Source: a virus
Lineage: Duplodnaviria > Caudoviricetes
Reading direction: 5' to 3' (one strand)
DNA: 37,672 bases
Virus record (IMG/VR): IMGVR_UViG_3300020397_000420
Coordinates: 1 to 37,672 of that record
Below, in pieces: positions 1-8,940 of this stretch. Every line of letters starts with the position of its first letter. Within the stretch, counting starts at the first letter, position 1. The notes under the pieces are model-generated. The model was not told where the DNA came from, made no database searches, and saw only the letters and a program-made list of their open reading frames with translations. Made by a program: the position numbers and the translations under genes.

Positions 1-18
1 CATGCGTCGTTGCTCCTT
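1..18 (-). promoter_or_regulatory. Shine-Dalgarno (AAGGAG) and ATG start of a further minus-strand gene that runs off the left edge
   Basis: + strand CTCCTT at 13-18 overlaps the stop codon of the PAPS-reductase-like ORF; CAT at 1-3 is an ATG on the minus strand. Confidence 0.65.
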
Positions 19-820
19 AGTTGGTTGGTGTTAATCCGGTGATTTCTGCGAGTGATTTTTTATGCCTAAATGTGTGGCCTATCTTGGCTTCAAGGTTGAC
101 GTATTTCTGCGCTAAATCTGGTCGCGTTTCGGTCGCGATTTTCAGTTGCTTGTCGCAAGCAAAGATGCAGAAAGAGCAAGACAAACGGCCCAGCCCCTTT
201 GCATACATTGGGTGCGGTTTTTGTCCGGCGTCGTCTATGGCTTGGAAAACTTCTTTTTCAGTCATCGATAAAATCGGGTTGAAGTCGTAAACGGTGCGGT
301 CCTTGCGTTTGTTTACCGTCAAATCTTTGTTAACTTGCCATGCATCCAACTTGGATCTTTCTGTACTTTCGGCAGATCGCAAGCCCATGCAATTGATAGC
401 AATCTGTTTAGCATCATCCCCGAAATGCTCCGCACATATGCGTCGTATTTCCCGCTGGATTGGACCCCGTTTCAAGTCACTAGTGCAATAGCGTTGTCCC
501 TTTGACGGCCACATCCCGCGATATTCTATGAAGCCTAACAGATCTTTTGGCTTGCCAGTGTTCCAATAAGCGTATGCTAATTCCAATGGCCTAGCATCCG
601 TCGTTGCGCGGATATGCTCTTTCACTCCGTCCCATTCAACTTCATTGCCTAAATCCGCATGAATGATCACAAGCTGTTTTCTGGGGACATAACGACGCAA
701 GAGTAAATACATTGCCTGACTATCTTTTCCACCCGAATGATTGCAGAAAACTAATGCCCCTTGCTGGACCAGTTGTAAAAACTGGTCCTTGTGGTCGATG
801 AATGATTGTGGATCTAACAT
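17..820 (-). CDS. PAPS reductase (PP-loop) family protein, phage type
   Basis: 267 aa; PP-loop SGGKDS, RYCTSDLK, GLRSAES..R, HPMY..G..RLSCSFC; lacks the C-terminal ECGLH of CysH. Confidence 0.85.
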   Translation of the reverse strand: MLDPQSFIDHKDQFLQLVQQGALVFCNHSGGKDSQAMYLLLRRYVPRKQLVIIHADLGNEVEWDGVKEHIRATTDARPLELAYAYWNTGKPKDLLGFIEYRGMWPSKGQRYCTSDLKRGPIQREIRRICAEHFGDDAKQIAINCMGLRSAESTERSKLDAWQVNKDLTVNKRKDRTVYDFNPILSMTEKEVFQAIDDAGQKPHPMYAKGLGRLSCSFCIFACDKQLKIATETRPDLAQKYVNLEAKIGHTFRHKKSLAEITGLTPTN

Positions 821-822
821 TA

Positions 823-1755
823 TTAAACCGCCACATTTTGGTTGATTTTTGCTGGCAACAAAAACCTGTTTAATGCTTTTTGCCCCGCATGGTCCCGCAC
901 TACGAAGCCGGTTTCATCCTTTTTGGCTTTATGTCCCTTGGGCAATAGGCCAACGACAAAGCCACCAGCGCGACGGGGGTCCAAGTGACGCAAGTCGTGT
1001 TCATCTCCGTTGATGACTGGGACCGTATGCCCGTCTATGGTGTAACTTTCCGGTAAGAAATCTGCGAATATTACTGCGACGTTGTAACCAAGTAACAAAG
1101 CTTGTTTTGCGTCGCTTGCGTTTTCCTCCGATAAGGAAAAAGTCAGTGATAGGTTTGCCGGTTCTTTTCCAAGTCGCGCAAGCTTTTTTGTGTAATCGAC
1201 AAATTGAGTATCTGGGAAAATCTCAAAAACTGTTTTGTTGCCGAATGCTGGGATCTTGATTTTTTCGTATGCTATATCGGACGCACCGTTGAGCCGGACG
1301 CAAGCTTGCATCCCTTTAGCGGTTGCGGTCGCAATAAGCTTGGCGATATGGTACACCATTTCCAGCATGTATTCTTGGTGATGGTGGAAAAAGGCGATTA
1401 CTTTGTTGATACGACTTCGCATCGTTGCATTTAGTTCGCCTTCCTTGCGAATGCCCGCTTGGCCACTTTCGGACCCTAGGCAAATCTTTTTGCATCCGTT
1501 GCTGGCATGGGAACAAACGTTTCCAAGTTTTCCGTTAAATCCCATTTTCGTTGCATAGGTGCTGGCGAAATCAGCCGGTGCCATGTAATTGATCCCGTTT
1601 AGCCAGTTGTACTTTGTGGCTTTGATTGCTTTGGCACTATCGACGGAGAAGAAACGGGAAAACCTTACTGTTGGTTTTTTACCGGCAAATAATCCTTGCC
1701 AGCCAGTTGTTGAGTTGAACTTGGTAGCTTCGAAAAGTTGGATGACTTTACCCAT
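823..1755 (-). CDS. Gp88-family (radical-SAM-like) phage protein
   Basis: 310 aa; C-x6-C-x3-C (CSHASNGCKKIC), VRLNGASDI, FVDYTK, LTFSLSE, NVAVIF, NGDEHDLR, VVGLLPKG; GGAG upstream on the minus strand. Confidence 0.75.
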   Translation of the reverse strand: MGKVIQLFEATKFNSTTGWQGLFAGKKPTVRFSRFFSVDSAKAIKATKYNWLNGINYMAPADFASTYATKMGFNGKLGNVCSHASNGCKKICLGSESGQAGIRKEGELNATMRSRINKVIAFFHHHQEYMLEMVYHIAKLIATATAKGMQACVRLNGASDIAYEKIKIPAFGNKTVFEIFPDTQFVDYTKKLARLGKEPANLSLTFSLSEENASDAKQALLLGYNVAVIFADFLPESYTIDGHTVPVINGDEHDLRHLDPRRAGGFVVGLLPKGHKAKKDETGFVVRDHAGQKALNRFLLPAKINQNVAV

Positions 1756-1867
1756 GATTTTGAACTCCAGAAAAAAAATTAATAATTGATCTAATTACCC
1801 CTTCGGGGAGCAGCTCGAATTTTCTGGGTGTTTTTGTTGGGCGTTTTTTGTTCGAAAAATGCCGGAC

Positions 1868-1898
1868 GGGACGACATTTCGAAAAATCCGGCTAAATT
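1868..1898 (+). promoter_or_regulatory. GGGACGAC motif copy 1, candidate late promoter upstream of the probable terS
   Basis: GGGACGAC 1868-1875, 17 nt spacer, TAAATT 1893-1898. Confidence 0.6.
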
Positions 1899-1907
1899 GT
1901 TGAAATT

Positions 1908-2297
1908 ATGCGAAAAACTTTAGAAAAAGCATCTAAGATTGCGACCTTGTCGCCTCGCGAAATTGCGAAAATTCGCGCTAGAATTCAGCAAACAGTCACG
2001 AATGCTCAAAAAGACATAGATTTAGTGCTAATTGGCGAGAAGAAATGGACGCCAGTACAGTTTAATCTCTACAAATTGCTGTTGAATAAAATAGTTCCTG
2101 ACATTTCAACGACTTACGTCGAACAAAACGACAAAACTACAAGGCGAATTAGCGGTTTATCGCGTCAAGAATTAGAGGAAATGGTAGCGGAAAGACTAGT
2201 TGCTAGTACGAAACCTACTAACGAAACCCTAGGAAAACCGCCATTTTTTGACGATCAAATTAAAAATGGTGACGGTGACACCGCCAAAAATGAATAA
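1908..2297 (+). CDS. terS: probable terminase small subunit
   Basis: 129 aa, first gene of the late arm, upstream of TerL; LLLNKIVPDI and LSRQELEEMV segments resemble small-terminase helices. Confidence 0.5.
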   Translation: MRKTLEKASKIATLSPREIAKIRARIQQTVTNAQKDIDLVLIGEKKWTPVQFNLYKLLLNKIVPDISTTYVEQNDKTTRRISGLSRQELEEMVAERLVASTKPTNETLGKPPFFDDQIKNGDGDTAKNE

Positions 2298-2344
2298 AAT
2301 TTGGGCCATATCGACCCAAAAAAACGGGTTATTTTTGTTGTCCT

Positions 2345-2387
2345 GGGGGGGGCTGCTGCCCAAAACCCCCAACGCGATTTTTTTTTT
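2345..2387 (+). terminator. GC-rich hairpin followed by T10; terminator-like or packaging-site element
   Basis: GGGGG-GGGC-tgct-GCCC-aaaa-CCCCC (2345-2370), then T run 2378-2387. Confidence 0.35.
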
Positions 2388-2437
2388 ATGATTAACTTAG
2401 CGTCTTTCGTGCGCTATCAAATTTTTGGAGTTGCAAA

Positions 2438-2710
2438 ATGGGCGAAGTAGTCAGGCTTCATGTTCATAAAAACAAACGTCGGAAGCGTCTACGCCAAGAA
2501 ACCCGCGACACACTTCTCTCAACAGCAAAGCAGATAAGGCGACACATCCCAATCGATGGTTATGTGCTGGTTGGCTTCACTATAAACCCCGGCGGGAACA
2601 TCTCGCACCATGTTCATTTCGATGTGCCCACTGCCACCCTTACATATGTCTTACCTCAGATGGCTCAACAAGCAATCTATGCAGCAATACAAGAACTGGA
2701 GGACAAGTAA
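2438..2710 (+). CDS. hypothetical protein with basic N-terminus
   Basis: 90 aa ORF; GGAG RBS; TAATG overlap with next gene. Confidence 0.75.
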   Translation: MGEVVRLHVHKNKRRKRLRQETRDTLLSTAKQIRRHIPIDGYVLVGFTINPGGNISHHVHFDVPTATLTYVLPQMAQQAIYAAIQELEDK

Positions 2711-2967
2711 TGTCTGTTAAAAACACCCAGCGGGACCGGATCAACTCAAACTGTAGCCCAGAGGAACTTGGTAGAGCTATAGCTGGGATCGATCTGGCTT
2801 CCATCCCGCCAGAGAAACGCAAACAAGCTATCACTGAACGTCTGGTAGAGGTCATGCTTGCCACAACGGACAGTACAGAAGAGCGCAGAAAACCAAATTT
2901 CCAACTTGCACTTGATACATACGGTCAGTTGCGCCGCCGTAGAGCAAGATCACAAATCATCATTTAA
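2710..2967 (+). CDS. hypothetical protein
   Basis: 85 aa ORF; GGAGG RBS; translationally coupled to previous gene. Confidence 0.75.
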   Translation: MSVKNTQRDRINSNCSPEELGRAIAGIDLASIPPEKRKQAITERLVEVMLATTDSTEERRKPNFQLALDTYGQLRRRRARSQIII

Positions 2968-2977
2968 GGAGATCGCC

Positions 2978-3100
2978 ATGATGAAATACTTTGACAAAGC
3001 ACAAGAGTGGTTTGGCAAGCAGAAGTCTGTCGTACAGATGGGCATCATCTTCTGCCTAGGGTTTATCATAATAGCTACGTTTATGTCACTCGCCACCTAA
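2978..3100 (+). CDS. small single-TM membrane protein (40 aa)
   Basis: AAGGAG at 2966-2971, ATG 2978; MMKYFDKAQEWFGKQKSVVQMGIIFCLGFIIIATFMSLAT with hydrophobic C-terminal half; start revised from the ORF track. Confidence 0.65.
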   Translation: MMKYFDKAQEWFGKQKSVVQMGIIFCLGFIIIATFMSLAT

Positions 3101-3103
3101 CGC

Positions 3104-4714
3104 ATGTCCAAAAACCAAAACGCCCCAGAGACCGGGCAACTCGTTTCAGAGATGTCCGACGCAGACCTTGCGTCCCTACTTCTGCAAGTTCGTGCAGCGG
3201 AAGAGGGCTTTCTGGGTTTTGTCAAACTCATGCATCCAGAATGGAAGATACCGAAGTACCAACTCGACTTTATAGAGTTACTCGACAGGCTGGAGCGACG
3301 GGAACTTTTAAACAAAAAGGGCGAACCCGTATACAACCTCTTGGTTAACATGCCTCCAAGGCATAATAAGTCCACTCTCGCCACCAAGCTGTTCCCAGCT
3401 TACTGCATATGTCGCTCTCCTTGGTCGAAGATCTTGGTATCCTCCGCAGCAAAAGACCTTGCCGAATCCTTTGGCGCGGAAACTCGCGCCTATTTAGAGA
3501 ACCCACACACCAAGCTTGCTTTCCCTCACGCCTCTATATCAGCCAAGACCGGAGCAAAGGCCGATTGGCTTACCGATCAGGGAGGTCAGTACTTAGCTCT
3601 GGGCCAATCAGGCAACACCATCGGACGACCAGCTAACTTATTAATCCTTGACGACCCCTATCCCAATCGCCAGGCCGCGGAATCCCCAACTCAGCGTCGT
3701 GCAATATGGTCTTTCTGGAACTCTGCCCTGTGGCGTAGGCGCGAACCTGATCGCGACAACCGCCAGCCTATAACTATTGTCATCCATACGAGGTGGGTTC
3801 CCGGCGATATAACGGGCACCATACTGGAATCGCAAGATTACAAGGACGGCTTCTGGCACCATGTGAGTTACGAGGCAATCACAAAGAAGAAAGCACAGGG
3901 GCAACTCCCGACAGAGGTCGCTCTCTGGCCCGAAAGATTTCCGCTCGACTGGCTACAGCGGGAGCAACGTGCAGACCCCCGTGAATTCACTTGTCAGTAC
4001 CAGCAACGACCATACACGGAGGGAGGCAATATAATTAAGGGCAACTGGTGGGGCACTTACGATCCATCTCCAGAAACGCTTCCCAAATTTGCTCAAGTCG
4101 TCATCGGTGTTGATGGTGCATTCAAGAAGACAAACCTTTCTGACTATTCTGCTGCCGTAGTTGCCGGTCTCGCCACAGATGGAGACATATATATATTGGA
4201 TGTCATGCGGGAGCGCATGGATTTCCCAGAATTGAAACGTGCCCTCATCCGTCTGAACACGCAATGGAGGGGGCGTGGTCTCCGCGCTATATATATAGAA
4301 GACAAAGCATCCGGCATAACGGCCTTACAGGAACTGAAGAACCAGAGCGGCATGTCGGTCATCCCCTATAAAGTTGTCAATGACAAAGTCAGTAGAATAT
4401 CGGCAGTCACGCCTCTCATAGAAGGAGGCAGATGTATGCTCCCAACTAACGCTCCTTGGATCGATGACTTCCTAAAAGAGTGCGAACAGTTCCCCAACGG
4501 AAACCATGACGACCAAGTAGACGCCTTGGCAATTGTTCTTGATATCCTTGCCCGTACTCCGCTTCAGTCAGCCAGTGACTTCTCTGTAGATCCTCTCACA
4601 GCGGAAGACTCCCTGCTAAAGCAGATACAGTCTCATCGCGGGTACACAGATTCAGTCTTTGGTAAATCAAGTCCCTTCACACAAAGTCCCTATCACTCTG
4701 CATTAGGTGAATAA
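3104..4714 (+). CDS. terL: terminase large subunit
   Basis: 536 aa; Walker A NMPPRHNKS, Walker B LLILDDP, coupling motif TRW, nuclease VVIGVDGA, IEDKASG, HDDQVDA. Confidence 0.95.
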   Translation: MSKNQNAPETGQLVSEMSDADLASLLLQVRAAEEGFLGFVKLMHPEWKIPKYQLDFIELLDRLERRELLNKKGEPVYNLLVNMPPRHNKSTLATKLFPAYCICRSPWSKILVSSAAKDLAESFGAETRAYLENPHTKLAFPHASISAKTGAKADWLTDQGGQYLALGQSGNTIGRPANLLILDDPYPNRQAAESPTQRRAIWSFWNSALWRRREPDRDNRQPITIVIHTRWVPGDITGTILESQDYKDGFWHHVSYEAITKKKAQGQLPTEVALWPERFPLDWLQREQRADPREFTCQYQQRPYTEGGNIIKGNWWGTYDPSPETLPKFAQVVIGVDGAFKKTNLSDYSAAVVAGLATDGDIYILDVMRERMDFPELKRALIRLNTQWRGRGLRAIYIEDKASGITALQELKNQSGMSVIPYKVVNDKVSRISAVTPLIEGGRCMLPTNAPWIDDFLKECEQFPNGNHDDQVDALAIVLDILARTPLQSASDFSVDPLTAEDSLLKQIQSHRGYTDSVFGKSSPFTQSPYHSALGE

Positions 4715-4716
4715 TC

Positions 4717-4748
4717 GGGACGACACATCCCAATAGAAAGAACAGAAT
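4717..4748 (+). promoter_or_regulatory. GGGACGAC motif copy 2, upstream of portal
   Basis: GGGACGAC 4717-4724, 18 nt spacer, CAGAAT 4743-4748. Confidence 0.6.
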
Positions 4749-4753
4749 CCAGC

Positions 4754-6673
4754 ATGGCTATTATATCACAACCAGAGGGTGCAAAGTCTTTCATGGACGA
4801 CGCCATCATTGTAGATCTCGCGCCCCATGCGCGAAAGCTTATGGCGTCCGAAGACATTGCGGTAGATCTAAACGAAGATCAGAATGCCCGCCTAACGAAT
4901 TACATCCGCGAGATCGTCAAGATGTCCTACTCTCGTATCTCTCGCAGATACGATCACTGGAAACTTGCTGACAGGGCACACGATGTATATGTCCCGGCCG
5001 ACGCAACTCGCTTCCGCGAGAAAGCAGTCATTGGTGATACCCGCGCAATTGCAGACACCGTCCTTACATATTTGATGGCAGCCTTGGGTGGACGCAATCC
5101 CATGTTCCAATTGGAAGGTCTGAACCGCAACTCGCGAAAAGCAGCGGCCATCCTTGAACAGGTCTTACACCAGCACATGAGGCGAACCGCTGGTGAAGCC
5201 CGTCTAGCCCAGCACCTTCTAGATTGTATCCGCTATGGCTTTGCGCCAACAAAGGTTACTTGGAATGCTTACAACAACACCAACGACATATCTAACTTCG
5301 ACCCCCGTCGCGTCTTCCCTGATCCTAGAATTCAGTGGGGTGACTGGGAGAATATGCAGTATTGTGTTTTCACAAGCACAAGTTCTTATGATGCCCTAGT
5401 CCAGACTGGCCTATACCCCAAACTTCGCGAAGACATTAAATACAGATACCGCCTTGCCTCCGACCAACAGGCATGGGAAGCACACAGGTGGCACCAAGAA
5501 GAAGGTCGCGGTCTATCGGTCGATCCGTTAACACCGAATGAGCGTTCCGCTGGCAGAACATCCAGCTTCTTCCAGCTTGGCAACTCGCGGATAGTCGATG
5601 AGGCATGGATCAAACTTGCTGGATACCAAGTCAACCTCCCAACGCTCGACAGTGTCTGGCTTCTTGTCAGTATAATAGATGAGAGTATGGTTATTCGCTG
5701 CCAGCTAAACCCATACGGACGCATGTTCCCGGTTGTCATTGGTGGTCTCTATCACGACACCCATAAGAATTACGCACAATCACTCTATGATTTATTATTA
5801 CCATTGCACGATATAGCCACTTGGCTCTTACGGTCACGAATAGACAACGTGCAGTCAGCGATGAACAACTTAATTTTCGTTGACCCTACGCGAGTAGCTG
5901 TGTCCGATTTAATAGATAGGAACCCTTGGGGAGTAGTCAGAAGCTTACCGGGACACGAACCTGGTGAGGGCGTTTTCATAGCCAATATTCCAGATGTCAC
6001 AAGAGGTCACTGGAACGATATTGGAGCCTTATCGGAGATCAAGCAACGCTTGAGCGCAGCTTCTGATGCACAACAAGGAATGCCATCCCCAGGTTCCGAT
6101 AGAACCACCGCCTATGAAGTACAAAGATTGACACAACTGGGTTCTCAGCGGCTTGGGGTACTTTCCCGCATCATCTCAGCACAGTCCATCCGGCCTCTGG
6201 TGCGAATGTCCGTTGAGAATATTCAAGATGCTATCGCACTTAACGGTTCAATACGCATGGGCAACGACCAGTCCAACGAAACCCTCGAACCTATGATACA
6301 GGACGGCTACCTCGATTACTCTAATGCCGACCTCCAAGGCGAGATAGAATACTTGGTCGTTGATGGCACCCTCCCTATCGAGCCATCCCGCTCTCCAGAG
6401 TCTTGGTTGAATGCAGTTCAAGTTGCATCCCAATCCGGCCTAGGCATGGAACTCGACCTAAAGGCAATGACTCTAGAGGCTGTCAGGTCAATGGGCATAT
6501 CCGACATCGACAGGTTCCGCATCCCTGCCGAAAAGTTACAGCGAGAGGGTCCATCGCCCAGCCAGCAAATGGAGATAATGGAGAAGATGCGCGGAGCTTC
6601 TGTCAAACCGGATGAGGAAATCGACAGAGAGCTAGAAAAGGGCAACATCATTCCAATGAGGCAATCACAATGA
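4754..6673 (+). CDS. portal protein (podovirus, P22/SU10-like)
   Basis: 639 aa directly after TerL; YGFAPTKVTW, NPYGRMFP, RSRIDNVQ, SDAQQG..RTTAYEVQ segments typical of podoviral portals. Confidence 0.85.
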   Translation: MAIISQPEGAKSFMDDAIIVDLAPHARKLMASEDIAVDLNEDQNARLTNYIREIVKMSYSRISRRYDHWKLADRAHDVYVPADATRFREKAVIGDTRAIADTVLTYLMAALGGRNPMFQLEGLNRNSRKAAAILEQVLHQHMRRTAGEARLAQHLLDCIRYGFAPTKVTWNAYNNTNDISNFDPRRVFPDPRIQWGDWENMQYCVFTSTSSYDALVQTGLYPKLREDIKYRYRLASDQQAWEAHRWHQEEGRGLSVDPLTPNERSAGRTSSFFQLGNSRIVDEAWIKLAGYQVNLPTLDSVWLLVSIIDESMVIRCQLNPYGRMFPVVIGGLYHDTHKNYAQSLYDLLLPLHDIATWLLRSRIDNVQSAMNNLIFVDPTRVAVSDLIDRNPWGVVRSLPGHEPGEGVFIANIPDVTRGHWNDIGALSEIKQRLSAASDAQQGMPSPGSDRTTAYEVQRLTQLGSQRLGVLSRIISAQSIRPLVRMSVENIQDAIALNGSIRMGNDQSNETLEPMIQDGYLDYSNADLQGEIEYLVVDGTLPIEPSRSPESWLNAVQVASQSGLGMELDLKAMTLEAVRSMGISDIDRFRIPAEKLQREGPSPSQQMEIMEKMRGASVKPDEEIDRELEKGNIIPMRQSQ

Positions 6674-6954
6674 GTCTAGACAAAGCAGAAGCATTTAAAA
6701 GCGTGGTCCCTGCGAGGACACGCGAATACATCGACGCCCTACATAATCATGTGTCCACAACTGTCAGCACAGATCTCGCTGAACAGAATAAATATATGCA
6801 AGCCCAGCGGGATGATTTCGACAAACAGATCGCAGAGATGTCTGCCCGCATCCGTAAAATGGAGGAGATCCTTAATTTTCAGATTGGCTCCCGTCGATAT
6901 TTGCTCGATTTGATTGAATACATCAACGAGATGGAAGAAAAGAAGAGGTCGTAA
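6670..6954 (+). CDS. hypothetical coiled-coil protein
   Basis: 94 aa; ATGA overlap with portal stop. Confidence 0.75.
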   Translation: MSLDKAEAFKSVVPARTREYIDALHNHVSTTVSTDLAEQNKYMQAQRDDFDKQIAEMSARIRKMEEILNFQIGSRRYLLDLIEYINEMEEKKRS

Positions 6955-6957
6955 TTT

Positions 6958-8598
6958 ATGCCGATTACTCGCCCCACAGGTGACCAGTTAGCTTTTGACT
7001 CCTCTGCTAATGGCGTACAGGTTCTAGATACCTATTTAGAGAATGCCGAACTTGGAGGCCGCTCGATTGGCGACCTTCTTGCAGACCTGTTCGACAACAG
7101 TGGTGTGTTCCGCTCCAGCGTATTCCAGTTCCGCGAAGATCCCGCAAACCCAGGTTACTTTCAAGTCAGAGTTGGTGAGTTCATCCAAGCTGACACCGGA
7201 TGGCAGACGATTACGTTTACAAACTTTGCCGGTTATGTGGCTGATGCACTTCAGTACAAACAGGATGCAGAGACCGCTGCAACAAATGCGATCAACGCTC
7301 AGACCGCCATCCAACCAGTCATAACAAACCTCCAACAGGTCCAGCTAGTTGCAACCAATATATCTAATGTTGTCAACGTCGGCTCCCAGATTGGCGGCAC
7401 AGTTCAGCACACCGTCACAATGTCCAACAATAACTTCCTGATTGATGGTCAAGCTAACCAAGCCCTAGTAATGAAGGTGGGCTTCACTTACGAGTTCGAT
7501 GTCTCTGATGCCACAAACACAGAAAACTTTGCGTTCTCTCAGACAAGTGACGGCACCCACAATTCCGGTGTCGAGTATACATCCAACGTCACCCGAACTG
7601 GCACGGCTGGTACGGCTGGCGCGAAGGTTACAATTGTCATCAACAGTTCAACTCCCCAACCCGGGCTCTTTTATTATGGGGCGACCACAAGTGGTGCTGG
7701 TGCGGCTATCACGGTACGCGACCATAACATAGATATTCTTGGTGCCATTGCAGCAGACATAACGACAGCAGCGCAAACTGTTGCACCAGCCATACCTGAC
7801 ATTCAGACAATTGCCCAGACAGCTAACCTCACAGCAATTACAAATGTAAACACTGATCTGCAAGCGATAAAAAATGTCAATAACGATCTCACAGAGATAA
7901 AAGCTGTTGAAAATATTAAAGGCGACATCACGGTCTTGGCCCAGACAAATAATCTTAATGCCATCTCGACGGTGAATGGTGCAATTGGTGCGGTAAATAC
8001 ACTTAACTCGAATATCGGATCGATTAACACTCTTGCATCTGCATCCAATCTTGCAGCCATCCAGTCAGTTGCTACAGATATTTCCAAGGTGGTCACCGTT
8101 GCAAACGACCTTTTGGAATCAGTCTCAGAGATCGAAGCTGTTGGCAACTCGATATCGAATGTCGATGCTGTGGCGAATGCATTAAATAATATCAACACCC
8201 TCAACCAAGGCTCGAACCTCGCCAATATATCAGCCGTTGGGGGATCGATTGCCAACGTCAACCAAGTCGCAACCAATCTCAATGCAATCATCAATGCTGG
8301 TGATGATGCGGAGAAGTATGCAACGCATCCCGTCAACCAACAATTCACAGATAGCGCGGGCAATCAAGAGTATTCAGCCAAGCACTATGCGGCTATGGCG
8401 GGTGCAGCTGGTTCTGCATTTACAACTATACAAGGCGATGAGCGCACAGCGGGTGATGCCAACGATGTCACCTCAGACAGCGGCTCTGACACCCTACAAC
8501 TATTCGGACTTGGTGGAGCAAAGGTACGGACAGATGAAACAAACGACGCTGTCTACATCGATAGCCGCGCAGTCGCGATGGCAATTGCATTAGGTTAG
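6958..8598 (+). CDS. proximal tail/head fibre protein
   Basis: 546 aa; N-terminal anchor region, beta domain ~7399-7720, long I/N/A/V-rich periodic coiled region, C-terminal AVAMAIALG. Confidence 0.8.
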   Translation: MPITRPTGDQLAFDSSANGVQVLDTYLENAELGGRSIGDLLADLFDNSGVFRSSVFQFREDPANPGYFQVRVGEFIQADTGWQTITFTNFAGYVADALQYKQDAETAATNAINAQTAIQPVITNLQQVQLVATNISNVVNVGSQIGGTVQHTVTMSNNNFLIDGQANQALVMKVGFTYEFDVSDATNTENFAFSQTSDGTHNSGVEYTSNVTRTGTAGTAGAKVTIVINSSTPQPGLFYYGATTSGAGAAITVRDHNIDILGAIAADITTAAQTVAPAIPDIQTIAQTANLTAITNVNTDLQAIKNVNNDLTEIKAVENIKGDITVLAQTNNLNAISTVNGAIGAVNTLNSNIGSINTLASASNLAAIQSVATDISKVVTVANDLLESVSEIEAVGNSISNVDAVANALNNINTLNQGSNLANISAVGGSIANVNQVATNLNAIINAGDDAEKYATHPVNQQFTDSAGNQEYSAKHYAAMAGAAGSAFTTIQGDERTAGDANDVTSDSGSDTLQLFGLGGAKVRTDETNDAVYIDSRAVAMAIALG

Positions 8599-8607
8599 GA
8601 GAATAGA

Positions 8608-8940
8608 ATGCCAGCTTATCAATTCAAGAACGCCACAGCCAATGCAGTCGGCACGACTGGTGCGGAAGTCTATACAGTTCCATCCGCAAAGAAGTCGATA
8701 ATGATTGGTTGTTCTATTTCCAATGTCACGGGTAGCACTCTGCCCGCTGAAGTTCAGCTAATTAAGGCTGATAACACAGTTATTCATTTATCAACATCAA
8801 CAAGAATTACAGGCGGGACGACGCAAGATCTTTTCCAAGGTAAAAAACTAGTATTGCAAACAGGAGAAAAAATTAAAGTGCTGTCGCAAGTAGACCAAAG
8901 CTTTGATGTGGTTGTCTCAGTCCTAGAGGATGTTGACTAA
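8608..8940 (+). CDS. small virion structural/fibre connector protein
   Basis: 110 aa beta-rich (FKN...VG...VYTVPS...KLVLQTGEKIKV...VSVLE); type commonly found after AMAIALG-ending fibres in aquatic phages; GGAG RBS. Confidence 0.7.
   Translation: MPAYQFKNATANAVGTTGAEVYTVPSAKKSIMIGCSISNVTGSTLPAEVQLIKADNTVIHLSTSTRITGGTTQDLFQGKKLVLQTGEKIKVLSQVDQSFDVVVSVLEDVD
8815..8846 (+). promoter_or_regulatory. GGGACGAC motif copy 3, intragenic, possible internal promoter for distal fibre genes
   Basis: CGGGACGAC 8814-8822 inside the 110-aa CDS, 18 nt spacer, TAAAAA; ~120 nt upstream of next ATG. Confidence 0.35.

Noticed and set aside
17-820. Calling the gene cysH (sulfate assimilation)
   Set aside because: The catalytic C-terminal ECGLH motif is absent and no other cys genes are present in the window
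1798-1808. CCC-TTCG-GGG mini hairpin in the divergent intergenic region
   Set aside because: Only 3-4 bp and no adjacent U tract; insufficient for a terminator or ncRNA call
2337-2344. Minus-strand AGGACAAC resembling the GGGACGAC motif
   Set aside because: Two mismatches to an otherwise invariant 8-mer; expected by chance
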